A stretch of 64,000 nt of DNA from contig CAIKKG010000024.1 in NCBI GenBank assembly GCA_903827975.1, positions 523 through 64,522 on the forward strand, written 5' to 3'. The notes below the pieces were generated by a model. That model was not told the origin of the DNA. It saw only the letters and a list, made by a program, of their open reading frames with translations, and did no database searches. A program made the translations under genes and the position numbers. The stretch's first letter is position 1. Every line of letters begins with the position of its first letter. This document shows, one piece after another, positions 19,225-29,233 of the stretch. The stretch is from an uncultured bacterium. Its GTDB lineage: Bacteria; Patescibacteriota; Minisyncoccia; UBA6257; GWB1-50-10.

Positions 19225-21344
19225 TTTTCTACAAGTAGTAATTTCTTATTTTCGATTGGTAGTTTTTCATAAATTGCCTCTGTTATAAATGGCATAAATG
19301 GATGCATTAATTTAAGAGATGAAGAGAGTACATGAAATAAAACTTTTTGTGTATTCTCTTTTTGCCCATCAACCTTCATCTGCTCCTTTGATGCCTCAAT
19401 ATAAGTATCGCAAAATGAGTGCCAGAAAAATTCATATATATCGTGTAGCGCCTTTGAAAACTCAAAACCCTCAATATCTTTCCCGACGCTTTCCTTAAGA
19501 TTTTTTAACTCCTCAAGTATTTTTTTGTCTGCCTCTGTAATTCCATCAGGGTTCTCTTCGTTTATTTGTGTCTCCGCATTTTGACTCCCCATTACAAATT
19601 TTGCGGCGTTCCAAATTTTATTTGTAAACTTCCTACCTCCTATTACTGCTGTCTCATCCCAACGAATATCCTGTCCACTTGCCTGCCAGACTACAGCAAA
19701 ACGTGCTACATCCGCTCCATACTCTTCAATATATTTTAGTGGGTCTATCCCAGTACCAAGACTCTTAGACATTCTTTTTCCATCTTTCGTCATTATCGTT
19801 CCGTGTATGAGAACGTTTTTAAATGGTGCCTCACCCATAAATTCGAGACCTGAATATATCATTCGTGCAACCCAAAGATTTAAAATATCACGAGCGGTAA
19901 TAAGTGTATGACCTGGATAATATTTTTTTCTGTCGGATTCTGAAAGTCCGGCAAATGGCCAGAGTGCTGAAGAAAACCACGTATCCAAAACATCATCAGC
20001 TTGAACCATTTTGCACTCGCCACAATGTTCACAAGCACTTGGTTTCTCTGCAGAAACTTTAAATTTTTCTGAGTCCTTCTCACAATACCAGACCGGCAAT
20101 CTATGACCCCACCAAATCTGTCTTGAAATTGTCCAGTCGCGGATGTTTGATAACCAATCAAAATAAGTCTTACTAAATCGCTCTGGCGTAATACTTACTT
20201 TTCCAGACTGAACTGCATCAGTTGCCTTTCCTGCAAGTTCTTTCATTTTTAGAAACCACTGCATTGATGGAATTGGCTCAATAAGTGAGTTACACCTATA
20301 ACATATTGAAACGCGATGTGGATATGGTTCAATTTTTATAACCTTATCGCCGAGATCAGCAATAATTTTTTCGCGGGCCTCAAGCACCTTCATTCCTTCG
20401 TAGACCCCCGCTTCTTTTGTCATTTTTCCTCTTGCATCGATAACAATAACCATTGGGAGTTTGTGCCTCTCACCTATTTCAAAATCTAACACATCATGTG
20501 CTGGGGTTACCTTCACCATTCCAGTTCCAAATGTCTGATCAATCGCCTCGTCACCAATAATAGGAATCTCACGATTTACTAATGGGAGCATAACTTTGGT
20601 TCCGATTAGTTTGGTGTAGCGCGCATCATTTGGATTCACAGCAATTGCTGTATCACCAAGCATTGTCTCAGGACGAGTTGTTGCAACAATAATTTCGTCT
20701 GAATATTTTATATGCCAGAGATTTGTATCCTCATCTTTATATTCAAGTTCAAGTTCTGATAGACTTGTCCCGCAACGCGTGCACCAGTTTACAGTTCTAA
20801 AGCCTCGATATAGCCAACCGCGCTCATAATAATGTACAAATGTTTTTTGAACATCAATTGCGTATTCGGGATCCATGGTGAAACGCGTTCGCGACCAATC
20901 AGCAGAACACCCAAGTCTTTTTAATTGCTCTAAAATTAGACCACCATATATATTCTTCCACTCCCAAACCTTTTCAATAAATTTTTCTCGGCCTATTTCA
21001 AAACGGCTTATGCCCTGTTTTTTTAAATCTTTTTCCACAACAAACTGAGTCGCAATTCCAGCGTGATCGGTGCCAGGAAGCCAGAGTGCTCTTCTCCCTT
21101 TCATGCGTTGGTAGCGCACAGAAATATCCTGCAGCGTATTGTCTAATGCATGGCCCATATGTAGTGAGCCCGTTACATTAGGTAGTGGCATATAGACTAT
21201 GTATGGTTCTGCGTCTTTTTCAACTGGAAGATTATCTGGATTAAAGAATCCAGAACTCATCCATTTCTCGTATATTTTAACCTCATGCGCCTTCGCGTCA
21301 TATGGACCCTCAAAAATCCCGTCAGTTTTTGTTTGTTCCTGCAT
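19218..21344 (-). CDS. valS: Valine--tRNA ligase (compact form)
   Basis: PNVTGSLHMGHA, PGTDHAGIATQ, TTRPETMLGD, DWTISRQIWWGH, RMSKS. Confidence 0.97.
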   Translation of the reverse strand: MQEQTKTDGIFEGPYDAKAHEVKIYEKWMSSGFFNPDNLPVEKDAEPYIVYMPLPNVTGSLHMGHALDNTLQDISVRYQRMKGRRALWLPGTDHAGIATQFVVEKDLKKQGISRFEIGREKFIEKVWEWKNIYGGLILEQLKRLGCSADWSRTRFTMDPEYAIDVQKTFVHYYERGWLYRGFRTVNWCTRCGTSLSELELEYKDEDTNLWHIKYSDEIIVATTRPETMLGDTAIAVNPNDARYTKLIGTKVMLPLVNREIPIIGDEAIDQTFGTGMVKVTPAHDVLDFEIGERHKLPMVIVIDARGKMTKEAGVYEGMKVLEAREKIIADLGDKVIKIEPYPHRVSICYRCNSLIEPIPSMQWFLKMKELAGKATDAVQSGKVSITPERFSKTYFDWLSNIRDWTISRQIWWGHRLPVWYCEKDSEKFKVSAEKPSACEHCGECKMVQADDVLDTWFSSALWPFAGLSESDRKKYYPGHTLITARDILNLWVARMIYSGLEFMGEAPFKNVLIHGTIMTKDGKRMSKSLGTGIDPLKYIEEYGADVARFAVVWQASGQDIRWDETAVIGGRKFTNKIWNAAKFVMGSQNAETQINEENPDGITEADKKILEELKNLKESVGKDIEGFEFSKALHDIYEFFWHSFCDTYIEASKEQMKVDGQKENTQKVLFHVLSSSLKLMHPFMPFITEAIYEKLPIENKKLLLVEKW

Positions 21345-21477
21345 AGTAATCTTAATTCTATCGCCATTTTGGCAATACTATCAAGTTATTATGTTGCCGT
21401 TGACGTGGACGACAAACTGAACGAAAATGCTATAAGAAGGTTAATAAAAAAATAACTCATAAAAGAAGGAGGCCGAA

Positions 21478-21990
21478 ATGGGAACTAAAAAGAAAGAGGG
21501 TTCCACAATGAGGCTGATTAGTAGAGCCTCATTCTTGGACTTTCTCGTAGAGGGTGAGCCATTTGTAATTCCTGCATTAATGTTTGATGTAACTCCATTT
21601 AGCTCTGAGGAATCATTTTCAGAAGAAGATGAGTTTTCTACCCGTGTCATAGATGAGGAAAACCCACCAACTGAAATTACACACGTTCTTTTTTACGAGG
21701 TTGAAAGGCCGGCCACATTCAAGGAGGCACTACTTTCCATTTCTCCTGACATTGAGTCGCTTTCTTTCACTGAGCGTCAGGTTGTTAAATTCCTGAACAC
21801 ACACATCGAGTTACTAAGATGTGCCAAACGCTCTACATTCTTTCTTATCAAGAAAAATGGAAAAATGTTTATTGCACTACACATGTTCTGGGGTACTCAG
21901 GCGCGATTAAGGAAGTTTAACCTTGATTACCACTACAAACTCCTGCCGAGTGAGCACTATCGCCTTGTTGTTCCTGATCGTGAACAATAA
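21478..21990 (+). CDS. Hypothetical protein (orphan cassette; paralogue of 27527-28051)
   Basis: SD AAGGAGG, extended -10 TGcTATAAG, terminator-like hairpin at about 22000-22040. Confidence 0.78.
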   Translation: MGTKKKEGSTMRLISRASFLDFLVEGEPFVIPALMFDVTPFSSEESFSEEDEFSTRVIDEENPPTEITHVLFYEVERPATFKEALLSISPDIESLSFTERQVVKFLNTHIELLRCAKRSTFFLIKKNGKMFIALHMFWGTQARLRKFNLDYHYKLLPSEHYRLVVPDREQ

Positions 21991-22067
21991 TAGCAAAACA
22001 ACACCCCCAACTCCAAAAATGGAGTATGGGGGTTTTTTTATATAAATGTGATATATTGAAACCAATT

Positions 22068-22904
22068 ATGATAATAGATGGAAAAAGGATGGCTGACGGA
22101 ATAATAGATGAATTGAAGAAAAGACCCGACCAGAAGAAGTTTCTGGCTGCTATTCTGGTTGGCGATGACCCAGGCTCAATTGCCTTTTTAAGGCAGAAAG
22201 AGAAGGTCGCTGAGGAACTAGACATCGAATTTCAGCTACATAAATTTCCTGAGCGTGTTTCTAGAGAAACACTAAGAAGGTCAATGGATAAGATTACAGG
22301 CAGAAGAATGTGTGGTGGACTTATTGTGCAATTACCCCTCCCTTCGCATATTAATATGCACTATATTTTAAATGCCATCCCAAGAGAGGAGGACACCGAC
22401 GTTCTTAGCGAGCGCGCACTTGGTTCTTTCTATGCGGGTAGGGGTGTTGGACTTCCACCAGCTGTTGGAACATTAATTACAATTCTAGCTAGTGAGATGA
22501 AGACATCTGATGGCGAGGAAGCAGAGATGGCTAGTTGGCACGTACAGGATAAAAAGGTTGCGGTTGTTGGACTAGGCTTCTTGGTTGGAAGGCCTATTGC
22601 AACTTGGCTTATAGGAAAAAGTCGCGAAGCGCACTTTTTAGATAAGGGTAGTGATTTTTCAGTATTGCAGAGTATGGATATTGTAATCCTTGGTACTGGA
22701 CACGCACATCTTGTAAACGCCGGCATGTTCAAAAAGGATGCGCTTGTTATAGATTTCGGCTATGCGAGAAAAGGAAAGGATACCCTTGGAGATTTTGATC
22801 CGACAAATGTGCCGGACACAATGAAATACACACCAACGCCTGGTGGAACAGGGCCAATACTTGTTGCGCGTCTCTTCAAAAATTTCTACGACTTAAATAA
22901 ATAA
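22068..22904 (+). CDS. folD: Methylenetetrahydrofolate dehydrogenase/cyclohydrolase
   Basis: MIIDGK, LAAILVGDDPGS, GLIVQLPLP, LVGRPIA, TPTPGGTGP. Confidence 0.9.
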   Translation: MIIDGKRMADGIIDELKKRPDQKKFLAAILVGDDPGSIAFLRQKEKVAEELDIEFQLHKFPERVSRETLRRSMDKITGRRMCGGLIVQLPLPSHINMHYILNAIPREEDTDVLSERALGSFYAGRGVGLPPAVGTLITILASEMKTSDGEEAEMASWHVQDKKVAVVGLGFLVGRPIATWLIGKSREAHFLDKGSDFSVLQSMDIVILGTGHAHLVNAGMFKKDALVIDFGYARKGKDTLGDFDPTNVPDTMKYTPTPGGTGPILVARLFKNFYDLNK

Positions 22905-22935
22905 AAAAATCCCGCCGAGTGGCGGGGATTTTTTT
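22905..22935. terminator. Bidirectional terminator between folD and recA
   Basis: AAAAAAATCCCGCC-gagt-GGCGGGGATTTTTTT. Confidence 0.85.
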
Positions 22936-23971
22936 ACTCTTCTTCTTTTTCTTCTTCTACTGCAACTCCTTTTGTTTCTGCTGCAACAGTTGTTTTCTTT
23001 TTTATTATGTCTAGAAGTTTTTTATCTTCTTTTAATTTCAATCTTATATTGTCGAAACCAACTCCAAGTTTCTCATTTTCAAATGAGTAGCTTGCGCCAA
23101 GTTTTTTTACGATGCCGTACTTGATTGCCGTGGTAAGTACATCTGCTTCGTATGAGATTCCCTCTCCGTATAAAATATCAAACTCTGCAACTTTAAACGG
23201 TGGGGCAACTTTATTTTTAACAACTTTTGCCTTTGTTCGATTTCCTACTACGTCCTCACCTTTTTTAATCTGAGCGATGCGACGAATATCTATTCTAACT
23301 GATGAATAAAATTTCAGTGCCATACCGCCTGGTGTTGTTTCTGGATTTCCAAAAACAAGTCCTATTTTCATACGCGTCTGGTTAATAAAAATAACAATTG
23401 TGTTTGACTTGGCTGCAATCGCTGTAAGCTTGCGAAGTGCTTGTGACATTAGGCGTGCCTGTAGTCCCATGTGCTGAGCGCCCATCTCACCCTCGATTTC
23501 TGCGCGAGGCGTTAGTGCGGCGACTGAGTCAACCACAACAACATCAATAATATTTGAACGAACTAAACTTTCTAAAATGTTTAATGCCTCCTCTCCGTTA
23601 TCAGGCTGTGAAATAATTAAATCATTTGTCTTAACGCCAATGCGTGCAGCATACTCTGGATCGAGTGCGTGCTCTGCGTCTATAAATGCAGCTCGTCCTC
23701 CATGCTTCTGAACTTCAGCGACAGCATGCAATGCTAATGTTGTTTTACCAGAACTCTCAGGACCGAAAATCTCAATCACTCTCCCCTTCGGAAATCCTCC
23801 TACCCCAAGTGCGAGGTCGAGGGAAAATGAACCAGTTGGTATTGCCTCCACCTTCATTTTTGCCTGCTCACCCAACTTCATAACAGCTCCCTCACCAAAG
23901 CGCGACTGCAGTGATTCCATTAATGACTCTAAGTCCTTTCCCCCATCTTTTATTTTTTTTGCTGGTGCCAT
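22934..23971 (-). CDS. recA: Recombinase RecA
   Basis: [41 protein letters not shown]. Confidence 0.98.
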   Translation of the reverse strand: MAPAKKIKDGGKDLESLMESLQSRFGEGAVMKLGEQAKMKVEAIPTGSFSLDLALGVGGFPKGRVIEIFGPESSGKTTLALHAVAEVQKHGGRAAFIDAEHALDPEYAARIGVKTNDLIISQPDNGEEALNILESLVRSNIIDVVVVDSVAALTPRAEIEGEMGAQHMGLQARLMSQALRKLTAIAAKSNTIVIFINQTRMKIGLVFGNPETTPGGMALKFYSSVRIDIRRIAQIKKGEDVVGNRTKAKVVKNKVAPPFKVAEFDILYGEGISYEADVLTTAIKYGIVKKLGASYSFENEKLGVGFDNIRLKLKEDKKLLDIIKKKTTVAAETKGVAVEEEKEEE

Positions 23972-23973
23972 AT

Positions 23974-24693
23974 TTATTCTTGTGTTGTTGTTGATGTGTT
24001 TATCTCAACTACCGGTTCGACTTGTTTTTCGGTTTTCTTAGTTGATGTAGTTAAGTATACCTGTTTCGTCATTTGAAGTTCTTTTCCTAGAATTCCCCTT
24101 ACTTTAAAATTGAACGTATTGAAGCCTGAAGTGAGTGTGAAGTTTTTTTCAAAAAGACCACTCTCATCTGGAAACACAGTCTCATCGTTTATTGTTATTT
24201 GGTTTTTTGGATCAACCCTTCCTTTAATAGCGAAGGTAGATGTCGAAACTGAAATATTATCATCAAAATTCTCGAGAGATAATGTTGGCTTTCCTATAAA
24301 CGCTGAGCCCCTTAAAATTATCACTATGACCAGACCGAGAATTATTCCTATGATAACTAGAGATTTTGTATTTATAAATTTCTTTATAAGCTCACCATTT
24401 TTTATTTCATTACTTTTTTCAGGACTCTGCTCAACTTTTTTTTCTGCACTTTGCTTCTTATACTCAGCCCACAATGACTCTTTATTTAGATTTAGTATGT
24501 CTGCAATTTTAGAAATATATCCGCGCACATAGGGAGATGATGGAAGCTTCCCAACTTTTTCCTTAACAATTAATTCTATGAATCTCTCTGAGATTCCGCT
24601 CTGTAGTGAAAGCTTTTCAACTGACATACTCTTCGCCTTCATTGCATCCTCAATTATTGAAGCAACTGATTTTGTTTCTGTATTTTCTTCCAT
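23974..24693 (-). CDS. RodZ-like HTH membrane protein with C-terminal Ig-like domain
   Basis: N-terminal HTH with [13 protein letters not shown] helix, position between ftsK and recA. Confidence 0.75.
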   Translation of the reverse strand: MEENTETKSVASIIEDAMKAKSMSVEKLSLQSGISERFIELIVKEKVGKLPSSPYVRGYISKIADILNLNKESLWAEYKKQSAEKKVEQSPEKSNEIKNGELIKKFINTKSLVIIGIILGLVIVIILRGSAFIGKPTLSLENFDDNISVSTSTFAIKGRVDPKNQITINDETVFPDESGLFEKNFTLTSGFNTFNFKVRGILGKELQMTKQVYLTTSTKKTEKQVEPVVEINTSTTTQE

Positions 24694-24706
24694 ATTAAAT
24701 TATTTA

Positions 24707-26818
24707 TTAGTTATCTCCCGACTCATCCACTATTAGCACCTCTCTCGGTTTTGCGCCATCACCAGGTCCAACCATTCCCCTTTCTTCCATCATATCAATT
24801 AGACGGGATGCTCGAGCATAGCCAACCTTTAATCTCCTTTGTAAAAGTGATGCCGATGCTTTTTTTGCAACTTTGACTGCCTCAACCGCCTCATCAAAAA
24901 GTTCATCATCATCTCCAGAAGAGCTTCCTGAAAAACTTTCGAATACGTGTGTTGCCTCTGGTTCGGAATCTATCTGCTCGCTAGAATATGCTGGCTCATT
25001 ATTTTCTCTAATAAATTTCGTAACACTCTTAATCTCGTCTTCCGTAATGAATGCCCCTTGAATACGGCGTGGCTTTGAAAAGTCTGAAGAAACAAAAAGC
25101 ATATCACCATGCCCAAGAAGTTTTTCTGCTCCCGCCGTATCAAGAATTGTGCGTGAGTCAATCTGACTTGCTACCTGAAGTGCTATGCGCGTTGTTATGT
25201 TTGCTTTGATGAGTCCCGTGATTACTTCAACCGAAGGTCGTTGGGTAGATACTATTATATGTATTCCAGTTGCGCGCGCCATCTGCGCCAACCTTATTAT
25301 AGAACCCTCAACCTCTCTCCCGTACGTAGACATGAGGTCAGCCAACTCATCAATAACAACCAAAATGTATGGTAGTTTTTCTTCTGCTTCTTTGTTATAA
25401 CTTTTAATATCACGGGAGCCCGCCTCAAGAAGAACCTGATATCTACGATCCATTTCTTGAATCACCCAGCGCAATGCACCGATTGCTTTTTTATTGTCCG
25501 TAACAACTGGCGCAATCAAATGTGGTAAATCATTATAAACAGATAGTTCAACGCGCTTTGGATCTATCATAATCATTCTCAACATTTCTGGAGAATTTTT
25601 ATATAGAAGAGAAATTAATATCGAATGAAGCGCGATTGATTTTCCTGAGCCTGTGGCGCCGGCTACCAACATGTGTGGCATCTTAGCGATGTTTGTAAAT
25701 ATTGGGTCGCCATTCACATCTCTACCAAGAGCGAATGCAAGTGGTTCTGATTTTTGGAATTCGGGATAAAGAAGGAGACTACCTAGTCGCACAATTGCGG
25801 CGGATTTATTTGGGACCTCTATACCAACCAAAGATTTTCCTGGAATCGGAGCCTCGATACGAATTGGGTGCGCTGCGAGTGCCATTGCAAGATCCTGGTT
25901 CAATGTAGTTATGCGCGAAATTTTTACACCCTCAGCTGGTTTCAATGTATATCTCGTAACAGAAGGTCCAACATTTATCTCGCCCATCTCAACAGGAATT
26001 CCAAAACTTTCGAGCGTTCTTTTAATTCCGTTTGCGTTTGCGCGTAAGTCGCCTATCGTAGGTTTTTCAACAGTCGAAGATAAAAGAGTTGTTGGTGGTG
26101 GTGTATAATTTTTTATACTTTTCTGAGCTAATGTTTTTGGAATATCAAACGCACCAACATCAATTTCATTTGATTCATCTTTTTGTTTTTGATCACGCAA
26201 TGGTCTTTTTATTTCATCCTTAATAGGCTCCTCAGCTGCTGTCGTTGGTAATTTTATTTCTATTTCTTTTTCCTCTTCTTCTTCATCCTCATCTCTAATA
26301 AACCAAGAGAAATTAATTGGTCGGTTTAGTGTTAATAAAAATGATGCGACTAGTGCCGCGAGTAAAAGAATTATTGATGCTGGTGTTCCGAGTGGATTTT
26401 TTAATGAACCAATAAATCCTCCAATTACCCCACCACTTCCAGCAGCTAAAACATCCATGAGTCCGAGCCCGGAAAATACAAACAAAACTCCTCCGATTAA
26501 TGCGATGCCGAAAAATTTTTTTGTTTCAGGTGAAACAAATGAGTACGCAAGAATTACTGAGACGATTGGTAGTAGATAATAACCCCAGCCAAATAATTTA
26601 AAAAGTATGTTGTAGATGGATTCACCCAAAGGTCCGGCCTGTTGAAATCCGGCAAGTAAAAGTATTAGCGCCAACCCAGACAATGCGATTGCAATCACAT
26701 ATTTTTTTACATCTGGGTGAATATCTAATCGTTCACTTCGCACTTTCGCTTCCCTTCCTTTTTCTTCCTTTTCTTTTTTTACTTCCCTATTTTTATTTTT
26801 TATTTTTTTTCGTGACAT
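24707..26818 (-). CDS. ftsK: DNA translocase FtsK
   Basis: 4TM N-terminus, RIEAPIPGKS, AGATGSGKS, IDELADLM, gamma domain SASLLQRRLKVGYARA. Confidence 0.97.
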   Translation of the reverse strand: MSRKKIKNKNREVKKEKEEKGREAKVRSERLDIHPDVKKYVIAIALSGLALILLLAGFQQAGPLGESIYNILFKLFGWGYYLLPIVSVILAYSFVSPETKKFFGIALIGGVLFVFSGLGLMDVLAAGSGGVIGGFIGSLKNPLGTPASIILLLAALVASFLLTLNRPINFSWFIRDEDEEEEEKEIEIKLPTTAAEEPIKDEIKRPLRDQKQKDESNEIDVGAFDIPKTLAQKSIKNYTPPPTTLLSSTVEKPTIGDLRANANGIKRTLESFGIPVEMGEINVGPSVTRYTLKPAEGVKISRITTLNQDLAMALAAHPIRIEAPIPGKSLVGIEVPNKSAAIVRLGSLLLYPEFQKSEPLAFALGRDVNGDPIFTNIAKMPHMLVAGATGSGKSIALHSILISLLYKNSPEMLRMIMIDPKRVELSVYNDLPHLIAPVVTDNKKAIGALRWVIQEMDRRYQVLLEAGSRDIKSYNKEAEEKLPYILVVIDELADLMSTYGREVEGSIIRLAQMARATGIHIIVSTQRPSVEVITGLIKANITTRIALQVASQIDSRTILDTAGAEKLLGHGDMLFVSSDFSKPRRIQGAFITEDEIKSVTKFIRENNEPAYSSEQIDSEPEATHVFESFSGSSSGDDDELFDEAVEAVKVAKKASASLLQRRLKVGYARASRLIDMMEERGMVGPGDGAKPREVLIVDESGDN

Positions 26819-27240
26819 GAGAGGTTTGTATACATCTAATTAAAGGCGAGTGTGCTTAAAAATTCAAGTAATGAAATTTAGAATTTGTGTCTTAATACTT
26901 GTGTTTTTTCATTTTTTTAAAACTCGTCCCTTATGCTTTTTAAGCACCTCTCATTATCCTGGTTTTTAATTTTCTATTACGACAATCACCCATCACCAAA
27001 CATAAATATATTCACATTCTAATAGCCACCAATTCCCTGTCTTTTTAGCGCCGACCCGCCAATGAAAACTATCTAGTAAGCCCGGGCAGGTAAAATACCC
27101 TCGCGATACAAGAACAACCTTAGACTATAACTCACCCACCCATAAGACATTTCAAGGTTCGTAAATCTGCAGACTGTGAGTCTCACAACTAGGTCATCCC
27201 ATCAACCCACCCATTGGAAGATTTATATTCAAACTAGCCG

Positions 27241-27423
27241 ACAAGCTGGTAGTGCGATGAAACCTACATTTTTTAAAATTTTTATGGAAAAGTGTTTGTG
27301 CACAAACACTTTTAAACCGAAAAACAAGGAAAACAAGGAAAACCTGATTTATCAGCATTGAAAGCTGGTAGTGCGATGAAACCTACATTTTTGTTTTTTA
27401 AAGTGTTTGTGCACAAACACTTT
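27241..27423 (+). repeat. Two tandem copies (about 120-nt period) of box plus perfect palindrome
   Basis: AAGCTGGTAGTGCGATGAAACCTACATTTTT at 27243 and 27362; AAAGTGTTTGTGCACAAACACTTT at about 27289 and 27400. Confidence 0.9.
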
Positions 27424-27526
27424 GTGTAATTATTCGTGTATAATTTTAGTTTTTTTAGCTAAATGTTTTTAAATTTTATGCAAATAAAAAACCCCCGTCC
27501 GCCTGCTGGCGAATCGGGGGAGTGAG

Positions 27527-28051
27527 TTATTTCGGCACCACAATCTGAAGTCTTCTCGTCGGACCGCCGACCAGTCTCCATGCGTGGTGTGTAGCGGTTG
27601 AAAATATTTGTGGGACCAGCCTGTCCATCTCTGGGAAGGATTGGAATTCAATGACAACAACCTCGTCATCAACCTCAGTCAAGAACATCGTGGCTCGGCA
27701 GTCCTTCATTATTTCGGAATGCCCGTACACGCGAATAAAGCGGGCAATCTGTGATTGCTGAAGACAGAGACTTTTAAGACTTCCCCTGCCAAGCTCTTCG
27801 AAAATCTTCGAAACGCATGATTTGTTCTTAAGAACCTGCCAGACCTCGAGCTGGACCTCTCCCGCCTCGGCACCCTTTAATGAACTGTGCCATTCATGGG
27901 CAAGCGGATCTATGTGCATAAAAAGTTCCTCGTTCATTAAGCATTCTTTCCGCGCATCGTCTGGTGAGATGCTTTCAATTAAAATTTCCTTTTCCGGAAA
28001 GATGTGCTTCAGAATTCTAACAGGAAAAATCTTTCGGATAGTTCGTCTCAT
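27527..28051 (-). CDS. Hypothetical protein (orphan cassette; paralogue of 21478-21990)
   Basis: SD AGGGAG, TTGACA-16-CAGAAT, boxA-like TGCTCATTAAAAA, terminator at about 27486-27521. Confidence 0.78.
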   Translation of the reverse strand: MRRTIRKIFPVRILKHIFPEKEILIESISPDDARKECLMNEELFMHIDPLAHEWHSSLKGAEAGEVQLEVWQVLKNKSCVSKIFEELGRGSLKSLCLQQSQIARFIRVYGHSEIMKDCRATMFLTEVDDEVVVIEFQSFPEMDRLVPQIFSTATHHAWRLVGGPTRRLQIVVPK

Positions 28052-28208
28052 ACTGTCTCCCTTGTTTTTAATGAGCAGACCTATTCTGTCATAAAATCAA
28101 CTTTTGTCAACCCTTTGCGTTTCTGCTTTGGAATATTCTTTATAAAAAATTTTGCGTTTACAAAAAAACTCTCCCGTATTTGGGAGAGTTTTTTATTTAA
28201 TTATTTTC

Positions 28209-28319
28209 TTACTTTGGCCCTAAGAACAACAAGGGAATATAAACCATGATGAGACCGAGAATTAGAAGCGAGACCATGATGATTGTAAAAACTCTGCGTT
28301 TTTTTGGATTCATTTTCAT
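28209..28319 (-). CDS. 36-aa single-pass membrane microprotein (not in the ORF track)
   Basis: MKMNPKKRRVFTIIMVSLLILGLIMVYIPLLFLGPK*; TATAAT 6 nt before ATG; terminator at about 28165-28194. Confidence 0.7.
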   Translation of the reverse strand: MKMNPKKRRVFTIIMVSLLILGLIMVYIPLLFLGPK

Positions 28320-28336
28320 AATGTAATTATACTATT

Positions 28337-28909
28337 TTAGAACAATCCTTCTGGTGGGGGAGTCACTTCTTTATAATCTTCAAAATTAACTTTTTTCATA
28401 TCAGTAACATTGCGCTCAGGAATATACAAAAACTTTTTTTCCAATATTTGATCATAGATGCGTTTTGTAACTCTTACGTCCTGAGTACAATAATCTTTTA
28501 ATCTTTGCATCTCTCCGTTTCTATAAAATTCTATTGCTTGTAACCCGTGTCCGCTTTTTCCCTCTCCTAGATTTGCTTCTGCTAATATTCCAAGACCAAC
28601 TCGACGGCCGAATTTTTTTTCAATTTCTTCAAGAATATCGTAGTGTGCAATCTTTGAAATATTTGATTTAAAATATTTTTCTAATACTGGCACATCAAAT
28701 CTTTTACTTGCAAATCCGATTAGTAGGTAAGCGTTTTTAAAATATGCCTCCATCTTGTCAGTCTCGTGTTCGTCAAAGCAATAATAAGCATCCTCATTAT
28801 ATGAGTAGATGCCCACGACCGACATCTCAAGCTTTGTTATATTTTCCTGACCGCCGACATCTGCAAACGTATTTTTTGTTTCGATGTCGAATACTATTTT
28901 GTCTTGCAT
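28337..28909 (-). CDS. RNase H-like (DnaQ/YprB-type) exonuclease domain protein
   Basis: IVFDIET (ExoI), RFDVPVL, YDIL, YCTQDV (ExoIII). Confidence 0.85.
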   Translation of the reverse strand: MQDKIVFDIETKNTFADVGGQENITKLEMSVVGIYSYNEDAYYCFDEHETDKMEAYFKNAYLLIGFASKRFDVPVLEKYFKSNISKIAHYDILEEIEKKFGRRVGLGILAEANLGEGKSGHGLQAIEFYRNGEMQRLKDYCTQDVRVTKRIYDQILEKKFLYIPERNVTDMKKVNFEDYKEVTPPPEGLF

Positions 28910-29103
28910 ATAAAAGTGATTTGTTTAGAGTACCCCCAAGTAGGGAATGGGTCAATAAATTTCGAAACTATCCAACATAATGAGATATGCCTACACTCGC
29001 CTGAAAAATTAGGTGTGGATCAACTGTGGTTAGTTACTTTGTTCGACATCCTACAAATACTATAAATATAAAATGCCCACCTGCGTGGGACATTTTATAT
29101 TTG

Positions 29104-29175
29104 TGGGCGCTGAGGGTGTCGAACCCCCGACCTACTCGGTGTAAACGAGTCGCTCTACCGCTGAGCTAAGCGCCC
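29104..29175 (-). tRNA. tRNA-Val(TAC)
   Basis: GGGCGCTTAGCTCAGCGGTAGAGC...CTCG-TTTACAC-CGAG...GTTCGAC...AGCGCCCA. Confidence 0.95.
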
Positions 29176-29233
29176 TATATATTATTCCGATAGTTTAAAC
29201 AAAAACTTAAAATCACACAACCTCTAACCCCTG

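Noticed and set aside
27176-27361. 61-aa ORF across the repeat region
   Set aside because: It is composed of the repeats and palindrome, has no SD or adjacent -10, and does not look like a protein.
27241-27423. CRISPR array
   Set aside because: Only two copies at about 120-nt spacing, the intervening sequence is itself partly repeated, and no cas genes are present.
10777-28996. ATATGCCTAC shared by two intergenic regions (10777 and 28986)
   Set aside because: A single 10-mer match is expected by chance in this much AT-rich sequence.
28985-29035. oriC (DnaA-like boxes TGTGGATCA and TGTGGTTAG; single perfect box at 10788)
   Set aside because: Too few and degenerate boxes, no dnaA nearby; yidC-jag at the right edge suggests any dnaA-linked origin lies outside the window.
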